64,000 bases of DNA from Zygnema circumcarinatum SAG 698-1b (taxonomy: Eukaryota; Plantae; Zygnematophyceae): the NCBI GenBank assembly GCA_037447605.1, contig CM074822.1, positions 147,492 to 211,491 of the forward strand, written 5' to 3'. Shown here in pieces: positions 44,109 to 57,700 of the stretch. The notes beneath the pieces were generated by a model. It did no database searches and was not told the DNA's origin. It saw nothing but the letters and a program-made list of their open reading frames with translations. A program made the position numbers and the translations under genes. Within the stretch, counting starts at the first letter, position 1, and each line of letters begins with the position of its first letter.

Positions 44109-44630
44109 GGCGACCTTCAGATGATGTTTCTAGTCTTTAGGGGTGACTGGTCGACCTTGAGTCATTTGCCCGAAGTGCCGGCATTAGCAATTAGATGTTT
44201 GGAGTCATTGGCAGAATGGGACAAGTTTCAGACGAACGTGGGGAGAAGGATGGGAGTTTTGTAAATGTTGTAGAATTTGGTGGTCGGATTTAGGTTTTTA
44301 CTATTCAATTACTGGTTTCTGGTTTCTGGTTTTTGGGTGTACTTTTTGAGGAGGTTTTGGGAACGGAGCTGCTCAGCAGGAGTGGACTCTTGCCTTCTTC
44401 ATTCCATTTTGGTGCGCACCAATGGCCAGAGTGTCCAATTAGAACACAACAAACGCTCACTTTTGTTTCATAGGCTTCAAGGCAGCAATGATACTTAGGT
44501 TTCTCCTGCATCAGAGCGATACACCCTGACCTTATATGCATACGACGATGCCGTTCTGGCATGGTACATGTGTTGAAGTAGTACGCATTTGAATCAATTT
44601 TATACATGCCTATATGCCAACTTCATGACG

Positions 44631-44760
44631 GGAAAAATGGCATTGATCTCACGATGGCGAGGCCATCGAATGTACATGGACAAAAGCAGCATGGGAAACT
44701 ACGAGGAACAGGTCGCAAAGGACCTAAGCATAAAAGAAAGAAGCTAAGAGCGGAAAACTA
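44631..44760 (+). repeat. Dispersed ~120-bp repeat, copy B
   Basis: GGAAAAATGGCATTGATCTCACGATGGCGAGGCCATCGAATGTACATGG..GGTCGCAAAGGACCTAAGCA..GAGCGGAAAACTA. Confidence 0.8.
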
Positions 44761-45428
44761 CTACATTCTTTTTGTAACAATTCATCATGGCACACACAAA
44801 TTACGTCTTGTCAAACTAGTAAGCTGCTCCCCCTCCCTCACTCCGCCCATTCCCCTTCCCCATCCCAAAGACCACCTCGGTGTTTTGTTTACAGGAATAA
44901 TTCGGTGAATTTCACTGATTTGAATCCTTGAGCTTTTACGTTTCTTTCATACCTATACAGTTATGGGGCAGTGTTCTGCAGAAGAATAGATGAAATTGTT
45001 CACACGACAGGAGGACCATACGAGCCAATTCAAGCAAATAATTTTCTTTCCAAGTTTCAGAGTACAGTTCTCCCATAACTATATCACAACTGCCATTTCC
45101 CTTTAAAGGGTTCAATGCCTTCACCGAGGCATTAACCTCAAATCGAATAGATTCCCAGCCGCCGCACATAACCATCCTATCCAGTGGCTATGAACTATAT
45201 GACAGGACACAATAGCTGTACACAATTACTCTTGCGCAAAGAAGGTGTTGAAATGAAGCTGACTTCATTCTGTCCTTGTCTACTGCGCTCGACTTCCCTA
45301 TAAAGATGCGCCAACATGCTCACTCTTAACCTTTTTTACACATCCTTCACTTCTTCCTGCTGGCCGGAACATGAGTATGTCTGCCTCATTCTTTTTTAAA
45401 AGTGAAAGATGAACACCACTCGATGCTT

Positions 45429-47061
45429 CTAAAAGTAGTCAGTCGAATGCGAGCGCGATAGCCAAAACAGAAGCCCGCTGCAAGGAAAGGGAAAGCAAGG
45501 CAACATATGCTTATTCAGAAAGTAAATCGAATGTATCAGCCTAGTAAAGGCAGATGCAACCTTTCTTCTAGGTAAGCACTAACTTACCAGCCGCTAGAAA
45601 CAATGCCAGACTATCCAAATTATCAACACTTTTAAACACAGCCCACCTTAACATCGTACACCTTTAATCTTCACGTTTACCTTCAACAATATACAGCTTT
45701 AAGGATCACACAAGGTATGAGATTTTCGGCCAACAGGCATTCACGAGGGTTTCCCTGTTGGGATGTTGAGAGTTATGGAAGAACAAAGGAAAGACTCACC
45801 TGGCTAATACACATGCGCACTGAAGCACTCCTGCTGCTCCAGCCCAAGTCGACAAAGTTCCTGTCTGACTGTCAACAATCAGAAAGGCTGCTGCCCCCGC
45901 TAAAGAAACAAACGCGATAACATACGCAAGGAACAGCCAAGTCCTCGACCTGTGCAGACAACACGAAGTGAACACAGTCTTAATTCGTACGCAAACAGAC
46001 AATTTCATCAAACAAAAGAACAAGCAAGATGCAAAAGTGTGGTATTGGTAGTGGTATAGTAAATATTTTGACATTTTATCACTTGCAAAAAGGTAATCTG
46101 ATTGTAAGAAATGAAACCGGTTCGTCAACTGTATGTCTACGGATGAAAAGTGAACATATAAGGAGCCTGCAGAAAAGGAAAGTTGGGCAGACTTGCTAAT
46201 TTTGCCAAAGGTGACGAAGACAATGCCAGGCAATTCAGATCCCTAGGGAGTGAAAGGCTTTTTCAATCATACTCTGGCTAAAGTGGTTATCGAATGGCGA
46301 CTGTGCAGAAAAATAAGCGCACGCCTCTGTGCAGGCACCCTTAGCCTTTCTAACAGGTAACGGAGACAGTGTAACGAAAGGGTCCTTTCCCTAAAGCTAT
46401 GAAAAAGTGGAAAAAATGGTGTGCATGTTAGTTAGGTTGGAGGACCAGAGGACAAATCATACCTGCAGCCAGTGCCATCATCGTAAGGGGAATAGTCATG
46501 CAGCTCATCTCTCCGTACGACATTGAACATCATTGCAGCGAAAGATGCGCATATTCCTGGCAACACCACATATTACAAACACATTGAAAACACGAACATA
46601 TGTCTGCTTCACTCGCTAAACACACTTCCAAATATTATTATCAACTTGTTCCAGAAATTTTCTTGTTTTGTACCTATATGAAACTGCAAATAATCCTAAC
46701 CCTGTAAGGGCGGCCAGTCTTGACAAGACCGAACCCTTCTATCTTTTCCTGGCAGCAGAAAATAACACCACAACATCAAGCATGCAACCTTAAACAAACT
46801 GCACTAAGCGACCTCAACAATTGCAAATTTTATGTCAGCGGCTACTCCTTACACACGACAACGATAATTTTCTGCCTTAAAGGTGTCAGTGCTGCTTACA
46901 AATCATCAGGTCGTTGGCAACAAACCTGGCAAGTAATGCTGAAAAGGCACTGTGGTCTTGGAGCACACCACAGCATCTACCCACATCCACCAGCCAGCTC
47001 CAAACATGGCACCTGCAACCCCCGGTCCAAGCTTGTGCCAGACCTCCTCTCCTCCACCCAT
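45429..47061 (-). CDS. TMEM50/Vps68-like (UPF0220) small membrane protein, 4 exons
   Basis: MGGEEVWHKLGPGVAGAMFGAGWWMWVDAVVCS..PFQHYLPG|ICASFAAMMFNVVRRDELHDYSPYDDG..|SRTWLFLAYVIAFVSLAG..WAGAAGVLQCACVLAS|GLLFWLSRSHSTDYF-stop. Matches plant TMEM50 homologs. Confidence 0.88.
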
Positions 47062-47241
47062 GGCTGACACTTCCCTAACACTAAAGATGCCAGAGAGCCT
47101 GCACCAAGAGAGAGATGCAAGAGCGACCTCTCTCTCCTACACACAGAGAGAAACGTGGCAAGCAAAACCGCTACCGTCGCTTCCTCTCTCCCCCTCTATA
47201 ACTTGTTTTGCGAGCGCTCGTTCCGTCTCTTTAAACGCGCC
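47062..47241. promoter_or_regulatory. Very compact divergent promoter region, TMEM50-like / TypA
   Basis: Only 180 bp between the two ATGs. Confidence 0.55.
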
Positions 47242-50200
47242 ATGGCGCCCTGGCGCTTCTCTGCAGGGGCGAGCCGTACGGCCGCTGCTGCGGCAGGGGC
47301 TCTGCTGAGAGGGAAAACAGAGGGTCCACAATGTGCTGGAGGGCTGGGCTTGCTGCAGAATGTTTGGAAGGGGAGGTTTTCCTCAGCAGCTTTGCAGGAA
47401 GCGCTTCCACCTGTTGCAGGAGAGAACGTTTCTGCTGCAGCTGCAAACATACGAGATGTGGCTATTATCGCTCATGTCGATCATGGCAAGACTACTCTCA
47501 TGGACCGCCTTCTGCGGCAGTGCGGAGCTTCGCTGCAGGGGGAGCGAGTGATGGACAGCATTTCTTTGGAAAAGGAGAGAGGGATCACTATATCTTCAAA
47601 GGTTAGCAATTTTTCTTTTAGTTCTCTTCAGATTTGGAAGCATTGATCACAGAGAGAAGGATTTGCTAACACAGCTATGGTCGCTGAAGGGATCAGTACA
47701 CGTCCATGGAGCACAAAGGAGTTACTCTGAACGTCGTAGATACACCAGGTCATGCTGATTTCGGAGGGGAGGTGAGATATTACTGGACCTTGCAATTTCA
47801 AAGGCATTCAAGGCGTTATAAGACTTGGAAAGTGTAAATTGATTAAGTAAGACTATACCGGCAGCCAGAGTGGAAGCTAGGGTTCTGAAGTCGAGCCTGA
47901 TGCAGGTGGAGCGAGTCTTGGGTATGGTGGATGGCGCCCTTCTTCTTGTGGACGCTGCTGAAGGTCCCTTGGCACAAACAAAGTTTGTACTTGCAAAGGC
48001 GTTACGACGAGGTCTTAAGCCCCTAGTTGTGCTAAACAAGGTGGATAAGCCTTCAGGTGAGGCCATGGCTTAATCTTCAGGACTTAATATGTAGGCCTTA
48101 CAAATGGCTTGATTTGTTTGTATAATTGTGTCTTCATGTATGTGCCAGTTTAGATTAAGGCTGAATTAGCTTTGGGGGATATTGAACGGCTAGGTTGACT
48201 CTGTCACTTCGGCTATAGAAGACAGGAACGAGGCAAAAGGACACAAAGTGACCAATTTCAGCCATAGGCGTGCAAGTCTTTTTGTTATTTTTGTCGGCGG
48301 AGCTAAACCCCTCACATGCAAAAGTTTGAGGTTTCTTATGTTGCAGTCACTGAGAACATGCTGATGGAGGTTGAGAACAACATTTTTGACCTCTTCGCAT
48401 CACTAGATGCCTCAGGTGCTCACATTCCGTCACTCATGTCATCTCCTGTTAACATCATTTCCAGGCAATGTGAGCTATAGGATGGCAGGATTGTTTCGGA
48501 CTGCCGCTGATGATATCTTCGGTGCAGATGAGCAGCTGGACTTTAAGGTCCTTTATGCTTCTGCCAGAGAAGGGTGGGCTACAACAAGCATGCCAACAGT
48601 TCCCATTCAATCTGAGCAGAAGGGAGATATGCGTCCCCTCCTTGATGCAATCCTAGAACACATTCCATCCCCAACAGGAGACCCTGATGCACCCTTCCAA
48701 CTGCTTGTAAGATTCTGTTGGATGCTTTCTACACTGATGAAGTCCTTTTGTCAAAACTACGTCTCTTTATAGCACATACTTTGAACTCTTATTGTTTGGA
48801 ATATAGTACGGTTTACAATCAGAAGAGATGATTGATTTGCAGTGGCTTTGTTGAAACTACAGGTTTCTATGATCGAACGGGATAATTATCTTGGCCGTGT
48901 ATTGACGGGTCGCATCTCCTCCGGAACTGTGCAAGTCGGAGACCGTATACATGCTTTACGGAAAACCGATAGCGGCGCTACTCAGATTTTTGAAGAGGGC
49001 AAGGTGTGCACTTAACTCTTTTTCTTCTCCACATCTCCAATCACTTTCTGTTTTCCTTGCTTCCTACTTAAACTTATTCCCCTCCTTATTCAGCCCATTT
49101 CTCTCTCCTTGGCCATGGTACGGACATCTTTCACCCCTTAACGTCCCTTTGCTCCACTTCTGTTTCTCCCTTTCCCTTTCGATTTCCATATTTTGTTGCA
49201 CTCTTTTGCAGGTAGTGAAGATCATGAAGCGTTGTGGAATGGCAAAAGTTTCCCTGCAAAAAGCATCCGCCGGCGATATCATAAGCTTGGCGGGTCTAAA
49301 TGAAGCTTCTGTGGCCCATACTGTCGCTCACTTGCAGGTCCCTTTTTACCCATTTTTTGGTCCTTCAAACTTAAGAAATCACTACTTGAAGTTTTGATGT
49401 TTTTTAGTGCGTGGGGCTGTGAAAAATGTTTATTTTTTCCATTCAATGATGGTCTTGTCATCTGAGTCTTAACTTTACTTTTGTGTATGGGGGTGGTGTT
49501 GCAATAACAGATAACCGAGCCATTACCAGCTGCTTCAATCGACCCTCCTACTATATCTATGACATTTGGAGTAAACGATTCTCCATTGGCTGGTCGAGAA
49601 GGGAATCAGGTAAGCCCCTTTGTATCTGTCAATATCAGCATACCATTCTCCCCTTATCCCCTCTCTGCTCTGTTCCAATCATGAAGCATACTTGGGCCCT
49701 ACCTTTCCTCCTTCAATATTTGACATTTGCAGGTACAGTATAGTGCAATAATGTGAGAGAAAAATTCTTGTGATCATTCCTGCAGCTGACAGGACCCAAA
49801 ATCGGGCAGCGACTTATGGCCGAAGCAGAGAGCAATGTTTCCATAAGTGTTGCTCCAACTGCAGGACAAGAAGCTTTTGAGGTTCAAGGGAGAGGAGAAC
49901 TTCAACTTGGTGTGTTTTGCCCTCACTTTTTCTGCTCAAACTGTTGGTCAATTTGTCAATTGGTCAATGACTGTCTTGTCTCCGTTCCGTGTTGAGTAAG
50001 TACACCTTCAGCCAACGGAGAGCTACCACCTGCAAAACAAAACTGCAAAGCTGTAAAACTGCAAAACTGCAAAACTGCAAACCTGCAAAACTGCAATGTC
50101 AGTGTGAACGTGCTCAGACATTTTGCTGTTGTGGGTTCGAACGACTTCCTGCAGGAGTTCTGATCGAAAATATGCGAAGGGAAGGATTTGAGCTCTCCGT

Positions 50201-52559
50201 TTCTCCCCCTGCTGTCATGTGAGTAAACTCATCAGCTGGTGAAGCAGCCCTTTGTTATGAGGTAATGAAAGTTTCATGCTGAGTGATGTAGGAGCAATGG
50301 TGGGTTTGCTGCAGGTTCAAGGAGAAGAACGGCAAGAAGGTGGAGCCTATTGAGGAGGTAGTTATTGAGGTGAGGATTCATTTGGACTCATTTTTACATG
50401 CCATTTATGGCCTTTGATGGCTTCCCATGGTTGTTCCAAGAATCTTAGTTCAATCCATATACATATGATAGACAACAGAATTAGAGCTTAATTTACAACA
50501 CCCATTTTAATTCGTTTAAACTGCTGCATGTGCATGTGAGTTGAAACCTGGACAAACATCGCAGTGCTGTAGGCACAATAACAAAGAAAGCCACATGGAT
50601 GAGTGGGAGGATGGGGGAAAAAAAAAAAAAAAAAAACTGTTTGTTTATTTGTTTGTTTGTTTGTTTTGTTTTGCTTTTTTTTTTTGTGCGAAGGTGGACG
50701 ACCAATATGCAGGAGCAGTGATTGAGGGATTATCACTTAGACGGGGAGAGCTCCTAGAGATGATCCCTAACATCGCCGACTCAGGTCGGACCCGCCTTCA
50801 GTTCAGCTGCCCATCAAGGTTAGTCACTCTCAGCTGAAGCAGGAAAAAAAATTCTGCTTCCACTGGGGTTGTTTTCTGGGGTTATAGAAATGGAAAAATC
50901 AGTCAAATCAAGTCATTGTGGACAGAAATTTGCAGCAAAGAGGGACCCTTGTGGAACTGATGGCACAGAGGGAGATTGCATTGTGTTTTGACTCCTGAAA
51001 TTTGTGGGTATTGTAGGGGATTGCTGGGCTATCGGAGTGTGCTAAGCACTGCTAGTCATGGAACCGCTCTCATGCATCGCTCTTTCAAAGGTGGGTTATC
51101 TACTCTCACTCTTCAAACTTAATCTCAAGCCTGTAAGGGTAGAACGACTTTACTTCTTAATGACAAAACAAGCTTGCTTGTCTTCCCCTGAAATACTGCT
51201 CATTCTGCAACTTCTGTTTTCTGGGATGTTGGGGAGAAACTCTCAGCATATGAGCCATGGAAGGGGCCCCTAGAACATGTCAGAAAGGGAGCTTTGGTAT
51301 CCATGGCTGGAGGAACAATAACTGGTTATGCTCTCATGTCTTTGGAAGCTCGCGGAACCCTTTTTGTGGCCCCTGGAACAGAGGTATGGAAACAATTTTA
51401 CAGGGTTTTTAGGGTTTTTAGGGTTTTTAGGGTTTTAGGGTTTTAGGGTTTTAGGGTTTTAGGTTTTTAGGGTTTTCAGAGTTTTTAGTGTTTTAGGGTT
51501 TTTAGGGTTTTTAGGGCTTTTAGGGTTTTGTAGGGTTTTTAGGGTTTTTAGGGTCGACTTTCTGGAATTGTGCTCACTAGAACTTAGGACGACTTTTTTG
51601 TGAGAGCGAGATTCTGATGATGGGGTAATGGCTTGTGGAGAGATATGCAGACATACGACGGGCATGTTATTGGAGAGAATGCGCGAGAAGAGGATATGGA
51701 GGTGAAGTCATATACCATTTCTATGTGAAAACTAGTAAAGAGAAAGGGGGGTGGGGAGGGAGAGAGGGTGCGACCTTGCCTAAAGAGCTGTGTTATGCTG
51801 CAAAATTCTTGTAAAATTCTTTCTCTTTTGTGTGAGCGTACGGCTGGTGATCCCATAATTGGAGAATATTTGCCTTTCTTCCTCTCAGGTCAATGCAGTA
51901 CGCAGTAAAGAACTAACCAATATTCGCTCTGCTGGGAAAGACGAGGCAGTGCGACTCACACCTCCTCGATCGGTAAGAAAAGACTCTCCAAAGTGATCAA
52001 ATCCTGAGCTGCTTCATCATCATCCAAAACCCCCAAACTCTTGAAACTACATACATGCAATCCTCCATTTTTCAGGAGTTTTTGGACCAAGCAGTGTTCG
52101 TGGAGCTTCGGTTATTCCTTAATGGTTTTTAGGGAAATAAAAATCCTCTGAAACCTCTAAAACCTGGTCTCTTCTGCTCAGCAATGTTCATTATGTTTGC
52201 GGTGGGACAGATGAATCTGGAAGAAGCTATTGGCTATGTGGGCTCCGACGAGCTTATTGAGGTGAGCTGACACTTGTTCTAAAACCCTTAAACAACCCTA
52301 AAAACCTTAAAAGTCAAAGCGGAGGAGCTTGTGGAGGTGAGCCGTGGGCAGTTGTGCTTTCGGCTCTATTTGAATTCTAGAGGGTGGTGACTCCTAGAAG
52401 GGAGAAGGGAGAAGGGAGAAGGGAGAAGGGAGAGCTCCAATGCGCCACTGCAGGACTTGGAGGTTGGCTAACGACTCTATTATCGCTTTTTAAGGGAGAA
52501 GATTCAGAGAATCCTGCCAACAGTAAGGACTTAAATAAGTTCTCTGTCGCCTGTACTCA

Positions 52560-52643
<84 letters not shown>

Positions 52644-52753
52644 CCTCTCTCTCTCTCTCGTTCATTCAGGTGACTCCATCTGCAGTGCGCCTGCGGAAAC
52701 GGGCCCTTACAGCTTCCCAGCGGAAGCACGTTCGGCGGTCAAAGAGTTTTTGA
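47242..52753 (+). CDS. TypA: TypA/BipA ribosome-associated translational GTPase, probably mitochondrial, ~18 exons
   Basis: G1 [16 protein letters not shown]3 DTPGHADF, G4 [77 protein letters not shown]|[11 protein letters not shown]. Ala/Arg-rich, acid-poor N-terminal presequence. Confidence 0.95.
51402..51553 (+). repeat. Intronic telomere-like array, mostly TTTTAGGG / TTTTTAGGG
   Basis: About 17 units. Similar tracts at ~30273-30330, 35040-35365, 39364-39412, 40759-40797, 53654-53791 and 57714-57764. Confidence 0.9.
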
Positions 52754-53653
52754 GTTCCGGAGTGAGCGGGAGAGAGTGGGAGGAGGGCAGAGGGTGGGGG
52801 TGAGGGGGGTGGGGGGTGAGGGGGGGGGGGGGGGAGGGGGGGGGTAAAGCTGATAAGGAGCGAGAGTGAGAACAGGAGAGAACAGTGAGAGGGGGAGGAG
52901 AGGACGGAGGACACGGTGATGGAGGAACTCTGAGCGGCTGAAAATGGCAGATTAGATTTCCTGAAACGGCGTTTTTCATTTTTGGAATGGAGCAACCGCG
53001 GTCTGCTGGCTGACTTGTGGGAAGGAGGGGGAGGGGGGAAGGAGGCAGGGAGGAAGGGAGGAGGGAGGAGGGAGGAGGGAGGAGGGAGGAGGAGAGGAGT
53101 GTCGGCAGGCGTGGGAGACTGAGGAGGACTAGGAATTGGGATGGGAGTAAAGGAATCAGTGAGTGGCTGCTGGCAAAGCACCGCGTGTGCTTCTTTTGTT
53201 AAATGGACTCCGTTAGTCTCCAAGAGAAGATTAAAGAGTGCTCTTTGGCCCTCCCTTCGGCCCTTGCTGGTCCGTGGATTGCTCGCCTTACTGCTGTTGG
53301 TGTTTGGGTAATCACTCGTTCTCAGAACGAATCGCACTTGAGCTCACGGTTTGTGTGATTCAAGCATGTTACCATCGTGCCTGTGTTATAAGCATGAGCA
53401 TGAGCATGACATAAATCCACATCAACATAAAAATTCATGTCATGAAGGGAACATGACATACCCTTCCACACTACCCCGTCTTAAGGTTTGAAAAAGTTAA
53501 ATCCAAAGGATGTATGTTGGCGAACTTGAAACAATCCAATGCAAACACTTCTTTTCTACTCCCATGTCCTTTCGAAGAACGCAAGCAAGGAAGGGACCAA
53601 ACTTGGAGTAAAGCTTCCTACTATACTCTTTGCTTCCTTCCATCATGAAGGCT

Positions 53654-53791
53654 TTTAGGGTTTTCACGGTTTTAGGGTTTTAAGTTTTTAGGGTTTTCAG
53701 GGTTGTAGGGTCGTAAGATTTTAAGCTTTTCAGGGTTTTAAGATTGAGTTTTCAGGGTTAAGAGTTTTTAGAATTTCTAGGGTTTTTAGGT
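53654..53791 (+). repeat. Degenerate intergenic telomere-like array
   Basis: Variants of TTTTAGGG and TTTTCAGGG. Confidence 0.8.
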
Positions 53792-54314
53792 TTGCGTAGA
53801 ACTGACGACGTGCGAGGCCTAGCCCTCCACTGAAAACCGTCCGATCCGCCGACCAATTGGACGGTTCCCTATCCAGCTCCTTCCCACCGGCCAGGGGTCG
53901 ACCGCTGACACGCTTCCCTCCGTCATTGGCTCTCCCGCCATCAGTCCTCTTTCCCGCCGCCACGTGTTCCCTTCCTTGATCCCCGGCGAACGGCGACCCT
54001 CCGTATGCGCCACGTGGCATGTAGGACCACTGGCACCCTTTGGGAGCGGACGCGTGACGTGACTACCTTACCAAACAAAATATGTACGGACGGATCTTGA
54101 AGGGACCGAAATACGACAACAGCCGTTCGATGACATGACAGCAACCGCAGCACTGTACGGAATGATACGATATATGACGATATATTACAATATTTGACCA
54201 ATACGATGCGATATGATATTGCGGTACTGTACGGCAGTCTCTTGGAGGACGCAGGTGAGGCGGCGCCAGGCGCTGGGAGTTGCCAGTTTTAGGGTTGCAG
54301 CTGGCAGCTCCTGG

Positions 54315-54574
54315 AGGGCAGGGGGGAGTGGGAGAGGGAGTGGGAGAGGGAGAGCTAGAGGGAGAGAGAGGGAGAGGGAGAGGGAGAGGGAGAAGGAGAA
54401 GGAGAGGGAGAGGGAGGGGAGCAGGGGGAAGGGCAGGCCGCCATTGATCCGCTCGCATACTGAGAGGCGCGGAAATCGCAAGGAGGAGCAAGGTGCAGGG
54501 GTGGTATCGAGATCAGGAGCAGGAAGAGGAGAAGGAGCGGGAGGAGGAGGAGGAGCAGGAGCAGGAAGAGGAGC

Positions 54575-54609
<35 letters not shown>

Positions 54610-54700
54610 GAGGAGGAGGAGGAGGAGGAGCAGGAGCAGGAGTTGGAGCTGGAGCTGGAGGAGGCAGAGGGGAGGAGCTGAGCGGTGCAGAGAGAGATGC
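54315..54700. repeat. Purine-rich (GGGAGA)n / (GGA)n low-complexity tract upstream of GAUT
   Basis: Read directly. Explains the poly-E and poly-G ORFs. Confidence 0.9.
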
Positions 54701-54792
54701 CTAGGAGAAGGAACATTTTAGACAGGGAGGGATTAGGGTTGGACTTAAGAAGCTTTTAAGGGAGTGAGGGGTTTTGGAAGAAGTAGGGCGCA

Positions 54793-57700
54793 ATGAAAGT
54801 CCACATCTCCCCTGGCATGAGCAAGATCACCATATCGACAACTCATGCGTTCCTTGATCCACTAAACGTGAAGGCAGCTGCAAGATATTTATCGTTCCGG
54901 ACCGCTATTTTAGTTCTACTGCTGACAGCAGTGTGTCTCCCATTCGCCTTCATATTCACAGCTGTAGTTAGCTTGGAGAGGCTCACGCAGTGCAAATCTG
55001 GAGGTAGGGTTACGATTTTTCCCGGGAAATGTCAGCTCTGCAATGTGATCAAGACCCTCGACTCACTAAAACAGATTTTTTTTTTAGCCAAAATTAGCGT
55101 ACTTTTCGTCAAATGGCTCTGTTTGTGATTTGCTAGTTATCTATGACAACCAAGGTCACGTAGATGTCATAAAGGAACCAGTGGTTGTCGTATTGACAGT
55201 ATGCACGCTATCACCCTGGACGTCTTAGCTGGATTCTCCCTTTTTTGTGTGGATGGCTTGTGACAGAGTGCGTGTACTTTGGCCGAAAGCTTCAAGTTCA
55301 AGAGATAAAGAGACAAGTTGTTTCGAAACAGGTGCGCATTCTGATGTTTTGTTAATCTAGAGAAAGTTCTAACGGATACGCTTAAGGGTTCCTGGCCTCT
55401 GCCATTGTTTTAACTCCTTTCGGTCTAAAGGACGACGCCTACCTGTGATTGTCGTACATGAGCATAACCCTAATAGACAAGAATGGAAGAGCATCCTTAA
55501 CTACGTACTGGACTCAAGCTGAGAGTGGTAAGTTTACGTCATCAGACGACTTTCCACTGAATTTCTTGCAGGCTGAAGATGAGAATGGATCCCTCACAGG
55601 AGCTACCTGCCACTGTGGTCTTCCTTCTGATTTGCCGCAGACGTCAACGACCTCTGAAGTGCTTCTTGGAGCGCTGAGGTCTGGACGCACATTGCGCGCT
55701 GTCGATAGAGAAGAGTTTTTGCCGGAGAGTTTAGATGACCTTGCCGCTGAAGCAGAGAAACATCAATATGATGCAACGACTGTTATCCGGATTTTAAAGT
55801 CTATGGTGAGTGCTGAACAGCCTTCACATGGATCGAACTATTGCTGATTTGTATCTTAAATGTTGTTTTTGGACCCTATGTTGCTGAGGATACTAGTGAA
55901 GATCGTAGTGGCAGTGCAAGTCGCGAAACGTGCGGAAGTGAAATAGCATAATTTAGTTGTGTATGAAGAGCTGTCCTCAGTCATGCGTCACTTGTGGACG
56001 CAGTGTCTATATCGCACATGGCTCCCAGTTGTGGTTTTGCAGATAATTAATATAACTTCATGCATCTGATCAAACAGGTGGAAGCAAATGATGAGAGGGA
56101 ACGAGTGACCATGCTTCAACGAACTCTGTATAAACACTTCGCTTCAAAAGGCATTCCGAAGGGTCTCCATTGCTTGTCACTCCGACTTACCACAGAGTAT
56201 TCCCTAAACACACAAGCACAAAAGCCACTTCCTGAGCCGGCCCTTGCAGGCCGGCTTACAGATAATTCTCTTCACCATTTCGTGCTCATTACAGACAATG
56301 TTTTTGCCGCATCCGTTGTGGTCCGATCGGCTGTGAGCAATGCGAAGTTTCCAGAGACCCTCGTTTTCCACATTGTAACAGAGAAGATGTCATATGCAGC
56401 AATGTACGCGTGGTTTTCCTTGAATCGTCCTTCTCCAGCTGTCGTGGAAGTGTTAGGGATTCATCAGCTGGAATGGTTGAACAAGGCAAATGTTCCTGTC
56501 TTGGAGTTAGTGGAGAAGTCAGATTCTTTGAAAAGACACTATTTTGGTGATTCACGCATGGATCCGGATTCAACTGAATCGCCGGGGTTACTTGCAGCTA
56601 AGCTTGCAGCTCGTAATCCGAAGTATATCTCTATCATGAATCATCTCCGAATGTACCTTCCAATGGTAAGAAGTCCTCTTCCACTCTTTCTCTTTCTCTT
56701 TCTCTCTCTCTTCTCCTCTCCTTCTGTGTTTCTTGCATTGGCCTTTAAAGCTGGATACATTGTTTAATGTCCTAAATTCTAACTGCGTTCAGTTCCATTA
56801 AGTATTCTGCGTAGTATTTCGAGTTTGAGAGGTTGTACCGTGCTAGTATCCCGATAACAATGCTTTTGCAACACACTTCAGCTTTAGTAATAGGATTTCT
56901 TACGGAATTCCTCAGTTGTCCTGAAGTGGTGACATAGTATAGTGTGTAGCACAGGTTTTTATCAGCTACAGTTGCAGGGCAGTTTGGGGAGCTCTCAAAA
57001 AACTTGAGTTGAAAGCTTAAAAGTGTAGAAAACTTTTGTCTGCATAACTGTCCTACCCCCCTCGGCAGAAGTACACTCAAGAAACTGCCAGTGATATTTC
57101 CAGGCTAAATACCAAAGTTTAAAAGCACATGGTGGCAGCAGCCGGAAAACCTCAAAGTTGAAGCTGGGTTCTTTTTTGCGTTTGCCTACTACTATTGATT
57201 TGTTCCCCTTTTTACCTGTCAGCTGAAAGGAGTGTTTGGTCCTATCTACCTGCAGGTATTCCCAAAGCTGAAGAAGGTGGTATTCCTTGATGACGATGTT
57301 GTCGTTCAGAAAGATTTGAGCCCACTATGGGACATTCCCCTCCATGGCTATGTTCTTGGAGCAGTTGAGACTTGTAGGGGAGCTGATACGAAGGTGATGT
57401 CTAAGAGGTTCAAGTCATATTTCAACTTCTCGAGCCCTCTGATCGCTGACAGGCTTGACCCTGAGAAATGTGCATGGGCTTATGGTATGAATATTTTTGA
57501 TCTGGAAGCGTGGCGATACTCCAACATCACAGAAATCTATCATTTTTGGCAACGAAAGGTACATCCTCATCCGATGATTCATTCCTATTGCACCATTTTC
57601 TGGGACATAATCAAAGTCGCTTACTTTACCGCGTGATACCCACAATGATTGAATTGATCGATTTACCATCTTCTGTGTCTTGCACATTGCTATTCCACAG

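Noticed and set aside
45560-45600. Micro-exon CGGCTG (tag|CGGCTG|gtaag on the minus strand) as the TMEM50 3' exon
   Set aside because: The exon at 45477-45429 gives SGLLFWLS, matching the family C-terminus, so the micro-exon is not needed.
50029-50096. (CTGCAAAA)n x8 in a TypA intron; also (GAAGGGA)n at ~52398 and (GTTCCA)n at ~59985
   Set aside because: Ordinary short tandem repeats with no further structure.
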